Notes under the pieces: generated by a model | Told to the model about the DNA's origin: nothing | Seen by the model: the letters and a program-made list of their open reading frames with translations, nothing else | The model's database searches: none | Program-made: the position numbers and the translations under genes | From: an uncultured Verrucomicrobiae bacterium | GTDB lineage: Bacteria > Chlamydiota > Chlamydiia > Chlamydiales > Rhabdochlamydiaceae | Assembly (NCBI GenBank): GCA_963813135.1 | Contig: CAWEXY010000009.1 | Span: forward strand, 32,001 to 96,000 | Direction of reading: 5' to 3' | Length of the DNA: 64,000 bases | Part shown: positions 20,473 to 31,508 of the stretch, one piece after another | How positions within the stretch are numbered: position 1 is the first letter of the stretch | How the letters are laid out: each line of letters starts with the position of its first letter

Positions 20473-21607
20473 TTAATCTAGATGTAAAAATAAACTTTTT
20501 AAATAATCTCCCTCCGGATGGTAGAGGGAAATCGGATGATCTGTAGCTTGGTTGTGCTTTCCCAAGATGCGGATGTTGCGATGGCTTTCGGCGCCGGCTT
20601 GGGCAATGAGATTTTGAAAGAGGTTGGCTTCCATGTAGGAAGAGCAAGACGAGGTCAGGAGAAGCGTCCCTGCAGGGACTTTTTCCATGACGAGGCGATT
20701 GAGTTCTTTATAAGCCCCGCAGGCGGCGTGGAGGTCAGACTTTTTCTTCACAAATGCGGGCGGATCCAGGATGACGAGATCGTAGTTGAGGGGGCTTTTT
20801 TTAAGAAACTCGAAGACATCGGCGCAGTGGTAATGGAACTTAGAAGGGTCGGGATTGTTCCTGACAGCCAGCGTGCAGATATCTTTGGAGATTTCGACGT
20901 TGTCGACAAGAGAGGCTCCTCCGTGGAGGGCAGCCCGGCCAAAACCGCCGGTGTAGGCAAAGCAGTTGAGGATGCGTTTGCCCGCGGAGAGGTTTTGGAT
21001 TTGATGGCGCATTTCGCGCTGGTCAAGGAAAAAGCCTGTTTTTTGCCCCTCGATAATGGGAACGATGTGGCGCACGCCATTTTCTTCAATCGTCACTTCG
21101 GGGACTGTCTCGCCGTAGATTACCCCCTCAAAATCTTTGAGCCCCTCTTCGCGGCGCGCGGCCGAGAGAGATTTTTCATAGATCATGCGGGGTTTAAAGC
21201 GCTGGAGGAGAAAAGAGACGATCTGATCTTTAAGGCGCTCCATGCCGTAGGTGGAGATTTGGAGGACGAGGACATCGTTATATTTGTCGACGATGAGGCC
21301 CGGGAGAAAATCGCCCTCGGCATTGATGAGGCGGCAGGCGGCTTCTTTTCGGAGGTTGCACGCTTCGTTAAGATTGCGAGAAAGAGCTGATAGAGCATTT
21401 TCCTCACCGAGGCTTAAGATTCGGCCGGCGATCGAGTTTTTCGGGTGGAAATAGGCCGAGGCGAGGAGTTTGCCGCTGGAAGAATACACCGGAAAAATCT
21501 CACCAGGCTCGCACGGAGGAAATTGCGGCGATCGCCCCTGAAAAGATCCAGGGATGGCGGCGGAGGACGGAGGCTTCGCGGCCAGGTTTAAGAACTACAC
21601 GAGACAT
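20473..21607 (-). CDS. rlmI: 23S rRNA m5C1962 methyltransferase RlmI-like; frameshift near 21525
   Basis: N-terminal MSRVVLKPGREASVLRRHPWIFSGAI (PUA), EGDFLPGLIVD, GQKTGFFLDQR, VILDPPAF. Confidence 0.88.
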
Positions 21608-22938
21608 AACTTGCGCACGGGGCTGACGACGCGTCCGATAAGATCATAGTCTGCCGTTCCTGTGATCTCAACATTGTAGCGCTCGCCAAAGGCGGTGACC
21701 TTGCGCCCATCGGTGATGATCACTTGGCCGTCGATGTCAGGACACTGGCCATAGAACCTGCCGCGCATGAGGAGCGGCGAATCGGGATGGGTCCCTTCGA
21801 CGATGACTTGGAGCTTTTGGCCGACGAACCGTTCGTTTTGCCGGCGCGCCATCTCATGCTGCTTCGCGGTGAGGGCCTCAAAACGGGCTTGCTTGACGTC
21901 TTCGGCTACGTGGTCCGGGAGCTTGGCAGAATGCGACTCTTCTTCGCGGGAGTATTTGAAAATGCCGACGTTATCGAGGGGATGTTCTTCGACAAATTGA
22001 AGGAGCTCGGCAAATTGCTCATCCGTTTCTCCAGGGAACCCGACCATCAGGCTGGTGCGGATGACGATGCCGGGGATGCGCTCGCGCAGCTTAGTGATGA
22101 TGGAGACGATGTCCGCGCGCGAGGTTTTGCGGCGCATCGCTTTGAGGATGGTATCATTCACATGCTGGATGGGCATGTCAAGGTAGGGGCAAATGCGCTT
22201 ATCGCTGGAAATAAGATCTATGAGCTCATCGGTAATCTCATCGGGGTAGAGATAGAGCAAGCGGATCCAATAATCGCCTTCTTCTTGAAGCATTTGCTTG
22301 AGGAGGGACTCGAGGCCGTCTTTTTCCCGGCGCTCCTTGCCAAAATCCCCCAAATCTTGAGCGATGAGGATGACTTCTTTGACGCCTTGGCTTAGGAGGG
22401 CGCGGAACTCTTTGATGACTTGTCCTTGAGCTTTGCTTTTGAGGGGCCCTTTAATGTTCGGGATGATGCAGAAGGCGCACCGCTTCATGCATCCTTCGGC
22501 GATCTTCAAGTAAGCAAAGTGGCGCGGGGTCGACAGCTGGCGAGGAACTTCTCCCTGCTGCAGGTAGCTGCGCGCGGAGGTGATGGAACTCCCCGCTTCT
22601 GGCACAGTGACGGCGTCGAGGATTTTTTCCATGTCGCCTGAGCCGAGAAAATAGTGAACGCCGGGGAATTTTTCTTCGATGCCGGGGCCATATTTTTGGA
22701 CCATGCACCCCGCGACGACCACTTTGGCGCCTTTCTTTTTCTCTTTCACCAGAAGTTCAATGGTATCGATCGACTCCTGCCGCGCCGCTTCAAGGAACCC
22801 GCAGGTATTGACGACGAGGAAATCGGCCTGTTTCAGTTCTTCGGTGATCTCGTATCCGGCGCGGAGGAGGATCCCGAGCATAACTTCGGAGTCGACGAGG
22901 TTCCTTGCGCAGCCAAGGCTAGTAAAATGAATTTTCAT
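21595..22938 (-). CDS. rimO: Ribosomal protein S12 methylthiotransferase
   Basis: SLGCARNLVDSE, VNTCGF, KIAEGCMKRCAFCIIP, TRAM tail (PDIDG). Confidence 0.96.
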   Translation of the reverse strand: MKIHFTSLGCARNLVDSEVMLGILLRAGYEITEELKQADFLVVNTCGFLEAARQESIDTIELLVKEKKKGAKVVVAGCMVQKYGPGIEEKFPGVHYFLGSGDMEKILDAVTVPEAGSSITSARSYLQQGEVPRQLSTPRHFAYLKIAEGCMKRCAFCIIPNIKGPLKSKAQGQVIKEFRALLSQGVKEVILIAQDLGDFGKERREKDGLESLLKQMLQEEGDYWIRLLYLYPDEITDELIDLISSDKRICPYLDMPIQHVNDTILKAMRRKTSRADIVSIITKLRERIPGIVIRTSLMVGFPGETDEQFAELLQFVEEHPLDNVGIFKYSREEESHSAKLPDHVAEDVKQARFEALTAKQHEMARRQNERFVGQKLQVIVEGTHPDSPLLMRGRFYGQCPDIDGQVIITDGRKVTAFGERYNVEITGTADYDLIGRVVSPVRKLCLV

Positions 22939-22967
22939 AATCTAAACATTATACTCATGGGGATGTT

Positions 22968-25900
22968 TTAACGCGCCTCTTCAAATATTATGTTGTCAAC
23001 GTCGATCTTTGCAGTTAATTTTTGATTTAACTTTAGGACCTTGGCTAAGGCTAAACTAACTTTCTCTTCTAAAAAACGATCAGCATCGCGGGCGTTTTTT
23101 TGCGAAGTTATAAATTGCTTAACTAAATGTTCGATTTCAGTCTCGCCAAACTCAATGCTCGTATGATATTTTTCACAAGATTTTTTAATAACTTCCAATT
23201 TATCTTTGATAATAGAGGTTAAGGCTAGTTTGCTAAGCGGATTAAATGAGATAGAAGTAGTGCGGCTTAGAAAAGCGGTAGTAAAATAGCGCTTTAAACT
23301 TTGTTCAGAAGCATTCGTGGTCATAATAATCACAGCATGATCAAATCGGACTTCATATCCTTTTTTATCAACGAACCTACCGGCCTGCAATATACCGAGC
23401 AGCGCATCTTGGGCCTCTCTCGGGGCTTTTTCTATTTCATCGAGAAGGACGACAGAAAAGGGATGGTCGTTCAATTTAGAAAGCGAGCCCCTGTGATCGG
23501 TGAGTTTTATCAATTCATTCGGATCTATGAGATGCTGCATATCGATACGAATAAAATTGGACTTGAAAAGCTGCTGCGACAGCAGCTGAGCAAAATAGGT
23601 TTTCCCTACCCCAGGATCGCCCATGATAAGAAAATTACCCAAAGTAGCAGTTGGACTCGAGCTTAATTTTTTCTGCCGCACCTGGATGAGATCGCAAATT
23701 TGATCGATAGCTATATCTTGCCCATGGATGCTCGTTTTCAAAGCTAGCTTTGCATTATCAATTTTTCTTCCAAGCTCGGGGTGTCCAAATTGAAGCCATT
23801 CAAGACCGATATTGAGCTGTTGAGAGAGCTTATTCAGGACCTTTGTTTCATCGATATGCTCATTTTCTTGCACGGGCATGCTCCGTAGGAACAGGATGGC
23901 AGAACCCGGCAGACTTCCCTTCAAATAAGGGGTGTACTGAAGAGTTGTCTCGAAAGCCTTGTCCTCAAACGTACACTTCAACTCCGTTTGCAATATAGGC
24001 TTTGTTTTTTTTAGAACGTCTAAACTTTCCACAGTAGTTAAAGGCTCTAAGTTTATTTGAGTCAGGAGCGATATGAGTTTGGGCCGCAAAAGTTTAAGCT
24101 GCTGAAACTCATCGGGTGTCAAAGTTACGATGGTACTGAATCCTCCCCCTTCAATCATCGTTTCTAGATGCTTTGCAAAATTAAAGTGATCGAATTCAAG
24201 TCTTTGTGTCAGCAATAGATGGGATCCTTCGACCACCAGCAATGAGTTATTTCTCGTTATGCGCTCTTTCAATTCTCTCACATGGGCCTCAAATGTCCCC
24301 ATCCATTGTGTGTTTGCTGCAAGGCTTATCGTGTTAAGTAGAATAATCTCTCGTTGTTGTAATCGGGACTGGGTCATTTTTTGAATAAGGTCCGTTTTAC
24401 CCGACCCGCTGGGACCTACTAAGATCGCTCCCCTTTGATCCTGCACAGCCTTTGCGAGTTGCTGGCATTGCAAATCCCTTAGCACAGCATGGTTCTGCAC
24501 TGAGGGCGCAGGAGAGAGAACTATGACAAACCCGTCGGCGCTGTTGCTTAAAGCTCTTTCTTGTTTATGATGCTGGTCTATCTTTATTAGACAGGATGAA
24601 TCGCGTTCTTGAACAGAAAGACGGACGATTTGCTGCTGTAAAAATCTTTGAACCTTAAGCACTGAACCATCAAAAGGAGGGCAAAGCCCTTTCAATTGGA
24701 CCTCGCTAGGAAACTCTCCATTGGTACATCCGTTACATTTAGCTTGGTTGTAAAGAAGAGTAAAAAGCTTATCAAAAGAACCCTGAGTGTGGGCGATGGG
24801 GATGATTGTAGTATTCAGCTTTAAAGCCTCATTTATTTTATTCTCATTTTCAGCGGTAAGAATGAAAAAGGCTTTCCCAAGCTTAAAGTCTTTAAAATCA
24901 CCTTTCAAGACGTCGATGAGAAATTGCGTAATAGCCGGGTTAACTGTGTTAAACGGATTATCGGGTGGTTGATAGAGCATATCAACCCCTTCTATCAAGA
25001 CAACGGAATGAGGAACGGCTTTTAAACTAGCGAATTTTTTACGAAGAACTGCAGGATCCTCCCCGATAAAATCGGATATCTTAATAGTAATCAAGCGATC
25101 ACGAAACAAATACTTAGCCATAGCTTTGGCAAGCGCTGTTTTCCCTGCACCAGTAGCGCCTGCAATAAGGACACTGGCAAGAGGAAGATTTTCTGAGGGG
25201 GTATGTTTAGCCTGCATTCCTTCAAAGAGGAGAGCGTTGATCTGTGCAATAAGATCATCAAGTCCGATAAGCTTCTCCAAAATTTGTTCTCCAGCCTTAT
25301 TCATAGAACTAGCTAGAACTGCGCGGTTTTCACTCTCGAGCCAAAATGGTTCTATATCCAGCCTTTCTAAAATGTACTCTTTAAGAGTTCGTGATTGTTT
25401 ATTTTTTAAATACTGATCATACAGCTGTAGGGCTGATCCAGGAAGAGCTTGAGGCAAAAAATCAGAGCTGTCGATCAATAATGCGGTATCTTCAGGGGAA
25501 ATATCTTTGTATTTCCTCGTAAGCAATGTGAGAGCAACTTCCTTAGAGGGCGGAGGAATCGAAATTGCAGCCATGTTGCTTTTCAAATTAGGAAGAAGCG
25601 CTTCTATATCTACATCCTCCATTGTTACGATAATTTTAAGGTGGCTCTGCCCTGCCACCAAATTGAAAAAATAAAATAAATTCGAAGGTTCTAATAGCCA
25701 GTCTGCTTGATGCATCATTAGCATCGATTTAGAATTGATACAAAACGACTTGATTTCTTCCCAATTAGCAAAGAAGCTCTGTGCATTATTGAATTGGGGA
25801 GGAAGCATGTGCAAAGAACGCCGTTCTCTGCTCATGAATAATTTTATAAAATCAGCTTTTTCAACCCCCGCCGGACCTAAAAGAAAAATTAAATTTTTAT

Positions 25901-26288
25901 CATGCAGTTGCGACCAGAATGATTGATAATCCTCCGCACGCAAAGATTGATAATCTTTCTGTGCATGAATTATATTTTGATAACTTTTGTTGTCTTTAAA
26001 CAACCATACAGCAAGCACAAATGCTACTGTAAGCGTTCCGCCTAAATAGCTAAAAATAGGGATCGTTTGTTTTTGAATTGAATCGGCATAAATTATTACT
26101 TTTATTATGAAGGCAGACCATACAAAACCCGCGGCCGCAACCAAGGGTTTTACTTTTGATTCATTATAGCCCGAAAAGACATATCGGCTGATTTTGTAAG
26201 CGCAAATTGTCAGCCCAGCTCCCACTAAAAAATAAGTATTTGCTCGGGCAATAGAAGAAAAACTAAGAGCGGTAATCGTATTGTCCAT
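22968..26288 (-). CDS. Membrane-anchored AAA+ protein with a tandem duplicated Clp-type NBD1-NBD2 unit (4 AAA modules)
   Basis: Three N-terminal hydrophobic helices; Walker A-like GPAGVEKA, GATGAGKT, GPSGSGKT, GDPGVGKT; PFSVVLLDEIEKA, IIMTTN. Confidence 0.75.
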   Translation of the reverse strand: MDNTITALSFSSIARANTYFLVGAGLTICAYKISRYVFSGYNESKVKPLVAAAGFVWSAFIIKVIIYADSIQKQTIPIFSYLGGTLTVAFVLAVWLFKDNKSYQNIIHAQKDYQSLRAEDYQSFWSQLHDKNLIFLLGPAGVEKADFIKLFMSRERRSLHMLPPQFNNAQSFFANWEEIKSFCINSKSMLMMHQADWLLEPSNLFYFFNLVAGQSHLKIIVTMEDVDIEALLPNLKSNMAAISIPPPSKEVALTLLTRKYKDISPEDTALLIDSSDFLPQALPGSALQLYDQYLKNKQSRTLKEYILERLDIEPFWLESENRAVLASSMNKAGEQILEKLIGLDDLIAQINALLFEGMQAKHTPSENLPLASVLIAGATGAGKTALAKAMAKYLFRDRLITIKISDFIGEDPAVLRKKFASLKAVPHSVVLIEGVDMLYQPPDNPFNTVNPAITQFLIDVLKGDFKDFKLGKAFFILTAENENKINEALKLNTTIIPIAHTQGSFDKLFTLLYNQAKCNGCTNGEFPSEVQLKGLCPPFDGSVLKVQRFLQQQIVRLSVQERDSSCLIKIDQHHKQERALSNSADGFVIVLSPAPSVQNHAVLRDLQCQQLAKAVQDQRGAILVGPSGSGKTDLIQKMTQSRLQQREIILLNTISLAANTQWMGTFEAHVRELKERITRNNSLLVVEGSHLLLTQRLEFDHFNFAKHLETMIEGGGFSTIVTLTPDEFQQLKLLRPKLISLLTQINLEPLTTVESLDVLKKTKPILQTELKCTFEDKAFETTLQYTPYLKGSLPGSAILFLRSMPVQENEHIDETKVLNKLSQQLNIGLEWLQFGHPELGRKIDNAKLALKTSIHGQDIAIDQICDLIQVRQKKLSSSPTATLGNFLIMGDPGVGKTYFAQLLSQQLFKSNFIRIDMQHLIDPNELIKLTDHRGSLSKLNDHPFSVVLLDEIEKAPREAQDALLGILQAGRFVDKKGYEVRFDHAVIIMTTNASEQSLKRYFTTAFLSRTTSISFNPLSKLALTSIIKDKLEVIKKSCEKYHTSIEFGETEIEHLVKQFITSQKNARDADRFLEEKVSLALAKVLKLNQKLTAKIDVDNIIFEEAR

Positions 26289-26351
26289 ATATTTTCGATT
26301 TTGTTAGCAAAGTTATAAATCCTTTTAGGACTTCTTTGCATCAAAAAAAAG

Positions 26352-26624
26352 TTATTCAGAAGCTTGCGAGCGCTGATACGACCATATAGCAAAAATCGCA
26401 GAGGCTGCTATCCCTACAAGACACGCCAAAGCTAACATTTTATCCATATGCGCCTTTGGATGCATTCCGATGAGCAAGCCAATCGTAATCGCCACAATAG
26501 CAATAGGGCGGGCTTCCTTCTCAGAAAGACCACATAGCTGAAAAAACCTTTGGGTCAGTTCATAGGCAATCGAATGAACGCCTGCAGCTACTGCAAAGGC
26601 AGAGGCCAGGTCCGAAAGAGGGTG
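26352..26624 (-). CDS. Small hypothetical membrane protein
   Basis: Hydrophobic segments; start codon uncertain (ORF track extends to 26678). Confidence 0.4.
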   Translation of the reverse strand, partial: HPLSDLASAFAVAAGVHSIAYELTQRFFQLCGLSEKEARPIAIVAITIGLLIGMHPKAHMDKMLALACLVGIAASAIFAIWSYQRSQASE

Positions 26625-26677
26625 GCTCGCATTGTTTATCGCGGACATAAAATTCTTAAGTGAATATAATGGGTTCA

Positions 26678-27643
26678 ATGTTTTTATACCTATCGAAAAA
26701 ATTTTGTCTTTTGGTCGTCTCCCTTTTTCTTGTCGTAACGTTGACGTTTTTTTTGATGCACGCGGCCCCGGGCGATCCCTTCGCAGAAGAACAGGCGCTG
26801 CCTCAGGAGGTCTTAGATGCCCTGCATAAACATTACCACCTCGACAAGCCGATCTTGGTCCAATACGGCTACTACTTAAAAGGTCTGGCCAAGGGAGACC
26901 TGGGGCCCTCCTTGAAATACCAAGGCAGAATGGCCGTCGACGTGATTAAAGACGCTTTTCCGGTCTCATTTTTACTCGGCATGGAGGCCATTTTTCTTGC
27001 GGCGGCATTGGGAATCGCGTGTGGATCGCTTGCAGCTTTGTATAGAGGCAAATGGCAAGATCGATTGACGATGCTCATGGCGGCCCTAGGCATTTCTCTT
27101 CCTAGCTTTCTCATGGCGACATTTTTACAATACCTGCTGGCGATCAAGTTTGATATTTTTCCCGTGGCCAGGTGGGGAACACCGCTGCACACTATTTTAC
27201 CCGCATTATCACTAGCAGCGCTCCCTACGGCTTTCATCGCGCGGCTCACGCGCAGCACGATGATCGAAGTTCTGGCGCAAGAGTTTGTCCTGACAGCCAA
27301 AAGCAAAGGTTTGTCAGGGAAGAAAATTTTCTTTCGGCATGTCCTGCGCAGCTCGATTCTCCCGGTAGTGACTTATCTCGGCCCGCTGACGGCCGCTGTT
27401 CTCACGGGGAGCTTTGTGGTCGAAAAAATTTTTGGCATTCCAGGCCTAGGACAATGGTTTGTCCAGAGCGTCTCTAACCGCGATTATACACTCATCATGG
27501 CTCTCACCATTTTCTATAGCGCGATTCTGATGGCCTGCGTTTTTATCGTCGATATCGTATATTGTCTCCTAGACCCAAGGATTATGTGGACGAATTCGAA
27601 GTTGTTATGGCGCCGCCAATGGCGCAGGAAGAATCTTCAGTAG
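26678..27643 (+). CDS. oppB: Oligopeptide ABC permease
   Basis: APGDPF, GDLGPS, EFVLTAKSKGL EAA motif, EKIFGIPGLG, LDPRI. Confidence 0.92.
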   Translation: MFLYLSKKFCLLVVSLFLVVTLTFFLMHAAPGDPFAEEQALPQEVLDALHKHYHLDKPILVQYGYYLKGLAKGDLGPSLKYQGRMAVDVIKDAFPVSFLLGMEAIFLAAALGIACGSLAALYRGKWQDRLTMLMAALGISLPSFLMATFLQYLLAIKFDIFPVARWGTPLHTILPALSLAALPTAFIARLTRSTMIEVLAQEFVLTAKSKGLSGKKIFFRHVLRSSILPVVTYLGPLTAAVLTGSFVVEKIFGIPGLGQWFVQSVSNRDYTLIMALTIFYSAILMACVFIVDIVYCLLDPRIMWTNSKLLWRRQWRRKNLQ

Positions 27644-28488
27644 AGAGCATCTCTTACTGGAGAGAATCATGGGACCGTTTTAAAGCGCATCGTTCTGCGC
27701 TGGCCGCGCTATGCATTCTGGGCGTTCTAATCGCCTTTGCCGTCCTAGCTCCCCTATTTACTTCCTATACCTATTTTGAGACCCACCTTCCTCTCAAAAA
27801 CCTTGCACCTTCTTCTAAATTCTGGTTTGGGACGGATGAGCTGGGGCGCGACCTGTTCACACGCATTTGGTGGGGAGCGCGCATTTCGTTATTTGTGGGG
27901 ATATCAGCAGCCCTGATCGATCTGGCGATAGGGGTGTTTTTCGGCGCTTTCGCAGCTTGGAAGGGTGGAAAAGTCGATGACCTCATCATGCGCTTGGCCG
28001 ATGTTTTGTATTCGATTCCGTACCTCCTTGTCGTGATTCTGCTCACGGTCATGATTGGATCGGGCCTCGGAACCATTCTCATCGCTCTCACGATGACCGG
28101 TTGGATCCCGATGGCGCGCATTGTTCGTGGACAAATCTTACAGCTCAAATCCGCCGAATTTGTCCTCGCGGCGCGGGCCCTTGGCGCTTCAACACCGCGC
28201 ATTCTGCTCCGGCATCTGATCCCTAACGCGATGGGGCCTATCATCACGACGATGACGCTCACCATTCCCACCGCTATTTTTGCGGAAGCTTTTTTAAGTT
28301 TCTTGGGATTGGGAGTCCAGGCCCCGATCGCTAGTTGGGGAACGATGGCCAGCGACGGCCTTTCCGCCCTTTCCTACTACCCATGGCGCCTATTTTTCCC
28401 CGCCAGTTTTATCTGCCTCACCATGCTCTGCTTTAACGTCATTGGAGATGGCCTGCGCGATGCCTTTGACCCGAGGATAGCGGCATGA
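27586..28488 (+). CDS. oppC: Oligopeptide ABC permease
   Basis: FGTDELGRD, EFVLAARALGAS, EAFLSFLGLG, GDGLRDAFDP. Confidence 0.93.
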   Translation: MDEFEVVMAPPMAQEESSVESISYWRESWDRFKAHRSALAALCILGVLIAFAVLAPLFTSYTYFETHLPLKNLAPSSKFWFGTDELGRDLFTRIWWGARISLFVGISAALIDLAIGVFFGAFAAWKGGKVDDLIMRLADVLYSIPYLLVVILLTVMIGSGLGTILIALTMTGWIPMARIVRGQILQLKSAEFVLAARALGASTPRILLRHLIPNAMGPIITTMTLTIPTAIFAEAFLSFLGLGVQAPIASWGTMASDGLSALSYYPWRLFFPASFICLTMLCFNVIGDGLRDAFDPRIAA

Positions 28489-29456
28489 CACTCTTGCTCG
28501 ACGTCCATAATCTGCACGTCTCCTTTCACAGATCAGGCCAAACTGTCCGCGCCGTCCGAGGAGCCTCTCTAAAAGTATTCGAGGGGGAAACCATCGGCAT
28601 CGTCGGAGAATCGGGATCCGGCAAGTCGGCGCTCGTAAGATCCCTCCCCCGCCTTTTACCTACAAGTTCTGCGACAATCGATGCAGGCGAGATATGGTTT
28701 AAAGGCAGCAATCTTCTCGGTTTTTCTTCCCATGAGCTTCAAAAAATCCGCGGCAAAGAAATCGGAATGATCTTTCAAGATCCTATGACATCCCTGACGC
28801 CCACGATGAAAGTAGGCCAACAAATTGCCGAGGCTTTTTTGTGCCATTATCCCAAAGAAGATCCCCGCCCTGTAGTCCTTCGGCTCCTGCAAAGAGTCGG
28901 GATCGCCGACCCTGAGCGTCGCATGGAAGAATATCCCCATACGATGAGCGGAGGCATGCGCCAGCGCGTCATGATCGCCATTGCCCTCGCCGCCAATCCC
29001 TCGCTCCTCATCGCCGATGAGCCCACGACGGCGCTGGATGTGACCGTCCAAGCGCAGATCCTAGCGCTCATCCAAGAGATACAAAAAGGCAAGACCACCA
29101 TCCTCATCACCCATGACCTCAGTCTGGCCGCCGGCTTTTGCGACAGGATACTCGTGATGTACGCCGGCGAAATCGTTGAAGACGCCCCCGTCGTCGAGCT
29201 TTTTGCCAACCCTCAACATCCCTATACGCAAAGGCTCCTTGCCGCAACAGCGCGCCTCGATCTCCCCCACGACGCTGCGCTCACGCCGATTTCGGGACAG
29301 CCTCCCGATCTTTCGAACTTGCCTTCCGGCTGCAGCTTTTACCCCCGCTGCAGCAAGGGAATGCATATTTGCCGATCGCAATGCCCGCCTGCTTTCTCTG
29401 TCGGAAATGCCCACACCTCGCGCTGCTGGCTCCATGATCCGAGGAATAATAGATGA
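28485..29456 (+). CDS. oppD: Oligopeptide ABC ATPase
   Basis: GESGSGKS, MSGGMRQR, DEPTTALD, C-terminal Cys cluster. Confidence 0.93.
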   Translation: MTLLLDVHNLHVSFHRSGQTVRAVRGASLKVFEGETIGIVGESGSGKSALVRSLPRLLPTSSATIDAGEIWFKGSNLLGFSSHELQKIRGKEIGMIFQDPMTSLTPTMKVGQQIAEAFLCHYPKEDPRPVVLRLLQRVGIADPERRMEEYPHTMSGGMRQRVMIAIALAANPSLLIADEPTTALDVTVQAQILALIQEIQKGKTTILITHDLSLAAGFCDRILVMYAGEIVEDAPVVELFANPQHPYTQRLLAATARLDLPHDAALTPISGQPPDLSNLPSGCSFYPRCSKGMHICRSQCPPAFSVGNAHTSRCWLHDPRNNR

Positions 29457-30391
29457 ATCCCCTATTACAAGTCCGCCATCTAAAAACCCACTTCAACGTT
29501 AAGAAAAGCGTTGTCAAGGCTGTCGATGGCGTCTCCTTCGAGATCTATCCCAAAGAGACCCTGGGCCTCGTCGGGGAAAGCGGCTGCGGCAAATCGACGC
29601 TAGGCCGCTCGCTCCTGCGCCTGACCGAGCCGACATCCGGTGAAATCTTATTTAACGGGCAAGATGTTCTTCAATTACCGCCGCGTCCCCTCAAATCATG
29701 GCGTAAAGAAGCCCAGGTCATCTTCCAAGACCCCTATGCCTCCCTCAATCCCCGTATGACCGCTGAAGACATCCTGCGCGAGCCCTTCGACATCCACGGC
29801 ATCCCCGTCACCCAAGAGATGATCCACCGCCTCTTTACTCAAGTCGCGCTAAGCCCCAATCTACTCCGCAGGTTTCCGCATGAATTTAGCGGCGGACAGC
29901 GCCAGCGCATCGGCATTGCCCGCGCACTGGCCCTCTCGCCCCGCTTCATCGTCTGCGACGAACCTCTCTCCGCCCTCGACGTCTCGATCCAGGCCCAGAT
30001 CGTCAACCTCCTCCGCGACCTGCAGCGCGAGCTTTCCCTCTCCTATCTGTTCATCTCCCACGATCTTCGCATGGTGAAGTACATCTCCGACCGCGTCGCC
30101 GTGATGTACCTTGGCCATATCGTCGAGATCACGACTTCCGAAGAGCTCTATGCCCATCCTCTGCATCCCTATACGCAGGCGCTCCTTTCGGCCATCCCGA
30201 TCCCCGATCCCCTCCTCGAGCGCAAGCGCACGCGCGTCTTCCTCTCCGGCGACGCTCCTAGCCCTCTCAATCCTCCGAAGGGCTGCCTCTTCTGCACCCG
30301 CTGCCCGAAAGCCATGCCGGTCTGCTTTGAAAACCGTCCCGAGCTCAAGGTCATCCAGCCCGGCCATCAAGTCGCTTGCCATCTTTATTAA
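29453..30391 (+). CDS. oppF: Oligopeptide ABC ATPase
   Basis: [32 protein letters not shown]. Confidence 0.93.
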   Translation: MNPLLQVRHLKTHFNVKKSVVKAVDGVSFEIYPKETLGLVGESGCGKSTLGRSLLRLTEPTSGEILFNGQDVLQLPPRPLKSWRKEAQVIFQDPYASLNPRMTAEDILREPFDIHGIPVTQEMIHRLFTQVALSPNLLRRFPHEFSGGQRQRIGIARALALSPRFIVCDEPLSALDVSIQAQIVNLLRDLQRELSLSYLFISHDLRMVKYISDRVAVMYLGHIVEITTSEELYAHPLHPYTQALLSAIPIPDPLLERKRTRVFLSGDAPSPLNPPKGCLFCTRCPKAMPVCFENRPELKVIQPGHQVACHLY

Positions 30392-30460
30392 AAATAGTCT
30401 TGCAAGAAAGAAGCGCATCATTATGATTTCCCCCAAAATTAACACAAGCAAGGAAATTTT

Positions 30461-31423
30461 ATGGAGCGAACTTCCCCGCCGACTATCAAATTCCCAACGC
30501 TAACTGTGCTACAAGCATCGACACTTATTGATGGATATTCCAATCATGGTTCCCTAGATTTAACTTTTCAAAGAAAGAGAAATGATATTTCCTCTCGCAA
30601 TCCTGAAATTACCTCTTTTAATCTCGATATGCAGGCTATTGCAGAGATAATTAGCGGTGTTTGCCATGAGGCAATGTCTTGGAGCACAAAATTACGAGCG
30701 CGGCAAGATGGCATCGAGCTAACTGTCATTGAAATTACAGATATCTCCTTTATCGTTGACCTTCGTTTAGGAAATCGCCTCTACAAAGACATATCGGTAA
30801 TCTTTAAAAATACGCCCAAGCTAGACACCTTTATGGAAAAGGCTCGTGGTGGATTTGCGAACTTCCAGCAGATGAAGGACTGTATAAATCAGATTCCCAA
30901 CCGCATCTCGTATTTTGAGCACATTTCGATATTAACTTACATTGGAAAAGAGCCACCTGAAATTAAAGCATGTTCGAAAGTTAAATATTTAGATCTGAGC
31001 AATGCTCGTTTGCCGCAGGTTGATTTGAGTCCTTTTGCTTCATTAGAAGAAGCACAGCTTGGCTGTACAGCAGCTCCAACAAATCTTCCCGAATCACTAA
31101 TAAAACTAACTCTAAATGCGTGGCCGCTTTCCTTAAAGCGGCTTGAGTTGAAAAAGCTGCCTTCCAAGTTGGAATTGCTGGACCTTTCCTCTAATAAAGA
31201 TCTGGAGGTTGAAGATGGCTTTTGGGAGCTGCTGCACACGCGAACCATGACTTTAGTCCTGGCGAGGGGCATGGAATTACCCCCCGTTGGCAATACAGAC
31301 CTATCCAAGATAACCTTTAAGGACCAATTCGGAACAGCTGGAAGAATTGTAAATGGCATGGTAACTTTTCCGGAAAAGATTTCTGATGTTGCCAGACCTT
31401 CTATTCCTGTAAAGTTAAACTAG
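30461..31423 (+). CDS. Hypothetical protein with degenerate LRRs
   Basis: YLDLSNARL, LPESLIKLTL, LPSKLELLDLSSN. Confidence 0.55.
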   Translation: MERTSPPTIKFPTLTVLQASTLIDGYSNHGSLDLTFQRKRNDISSRNPEITSFNLDMQAIAEIISGVCHEAMSWSTKLRARQDGIELTVIEITDISFIVDLRLGNRLYKDISVIFKNTPKLDTFMEKARGGFANFQQMKDCINQIPNRISYFEHISILTYIGKEPPEIKACSKVKYLDLSNARLPQVDLSPFASLEEAQLGCTAAPTNLPESLIKLTLNAWPLSLKRLELKKLPSKLELLDLSSNKDLEVEDGFWELLHTRTMTLVLARGMELPPVGNTDLSKITFKDQFGTAGRIVNGMVTFPEKISDVARPSIPVKLN

Positions 31424-31508
31424 GAACCGCCTCAGAAGAAGCTAATCGTTTTCATTTGATATCAATTAGAATTTTGTTTACTATCCTGTCAAAAATCAGG
31501 AGGGCGCC

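Noticed and set aside
22968..26288. Calling the AAA protein clpB/clpC or T6SS clpV
   Set aside because: No Clp N-domain or M-domain, has TM helices and four modules, and no T6SS genes nearby
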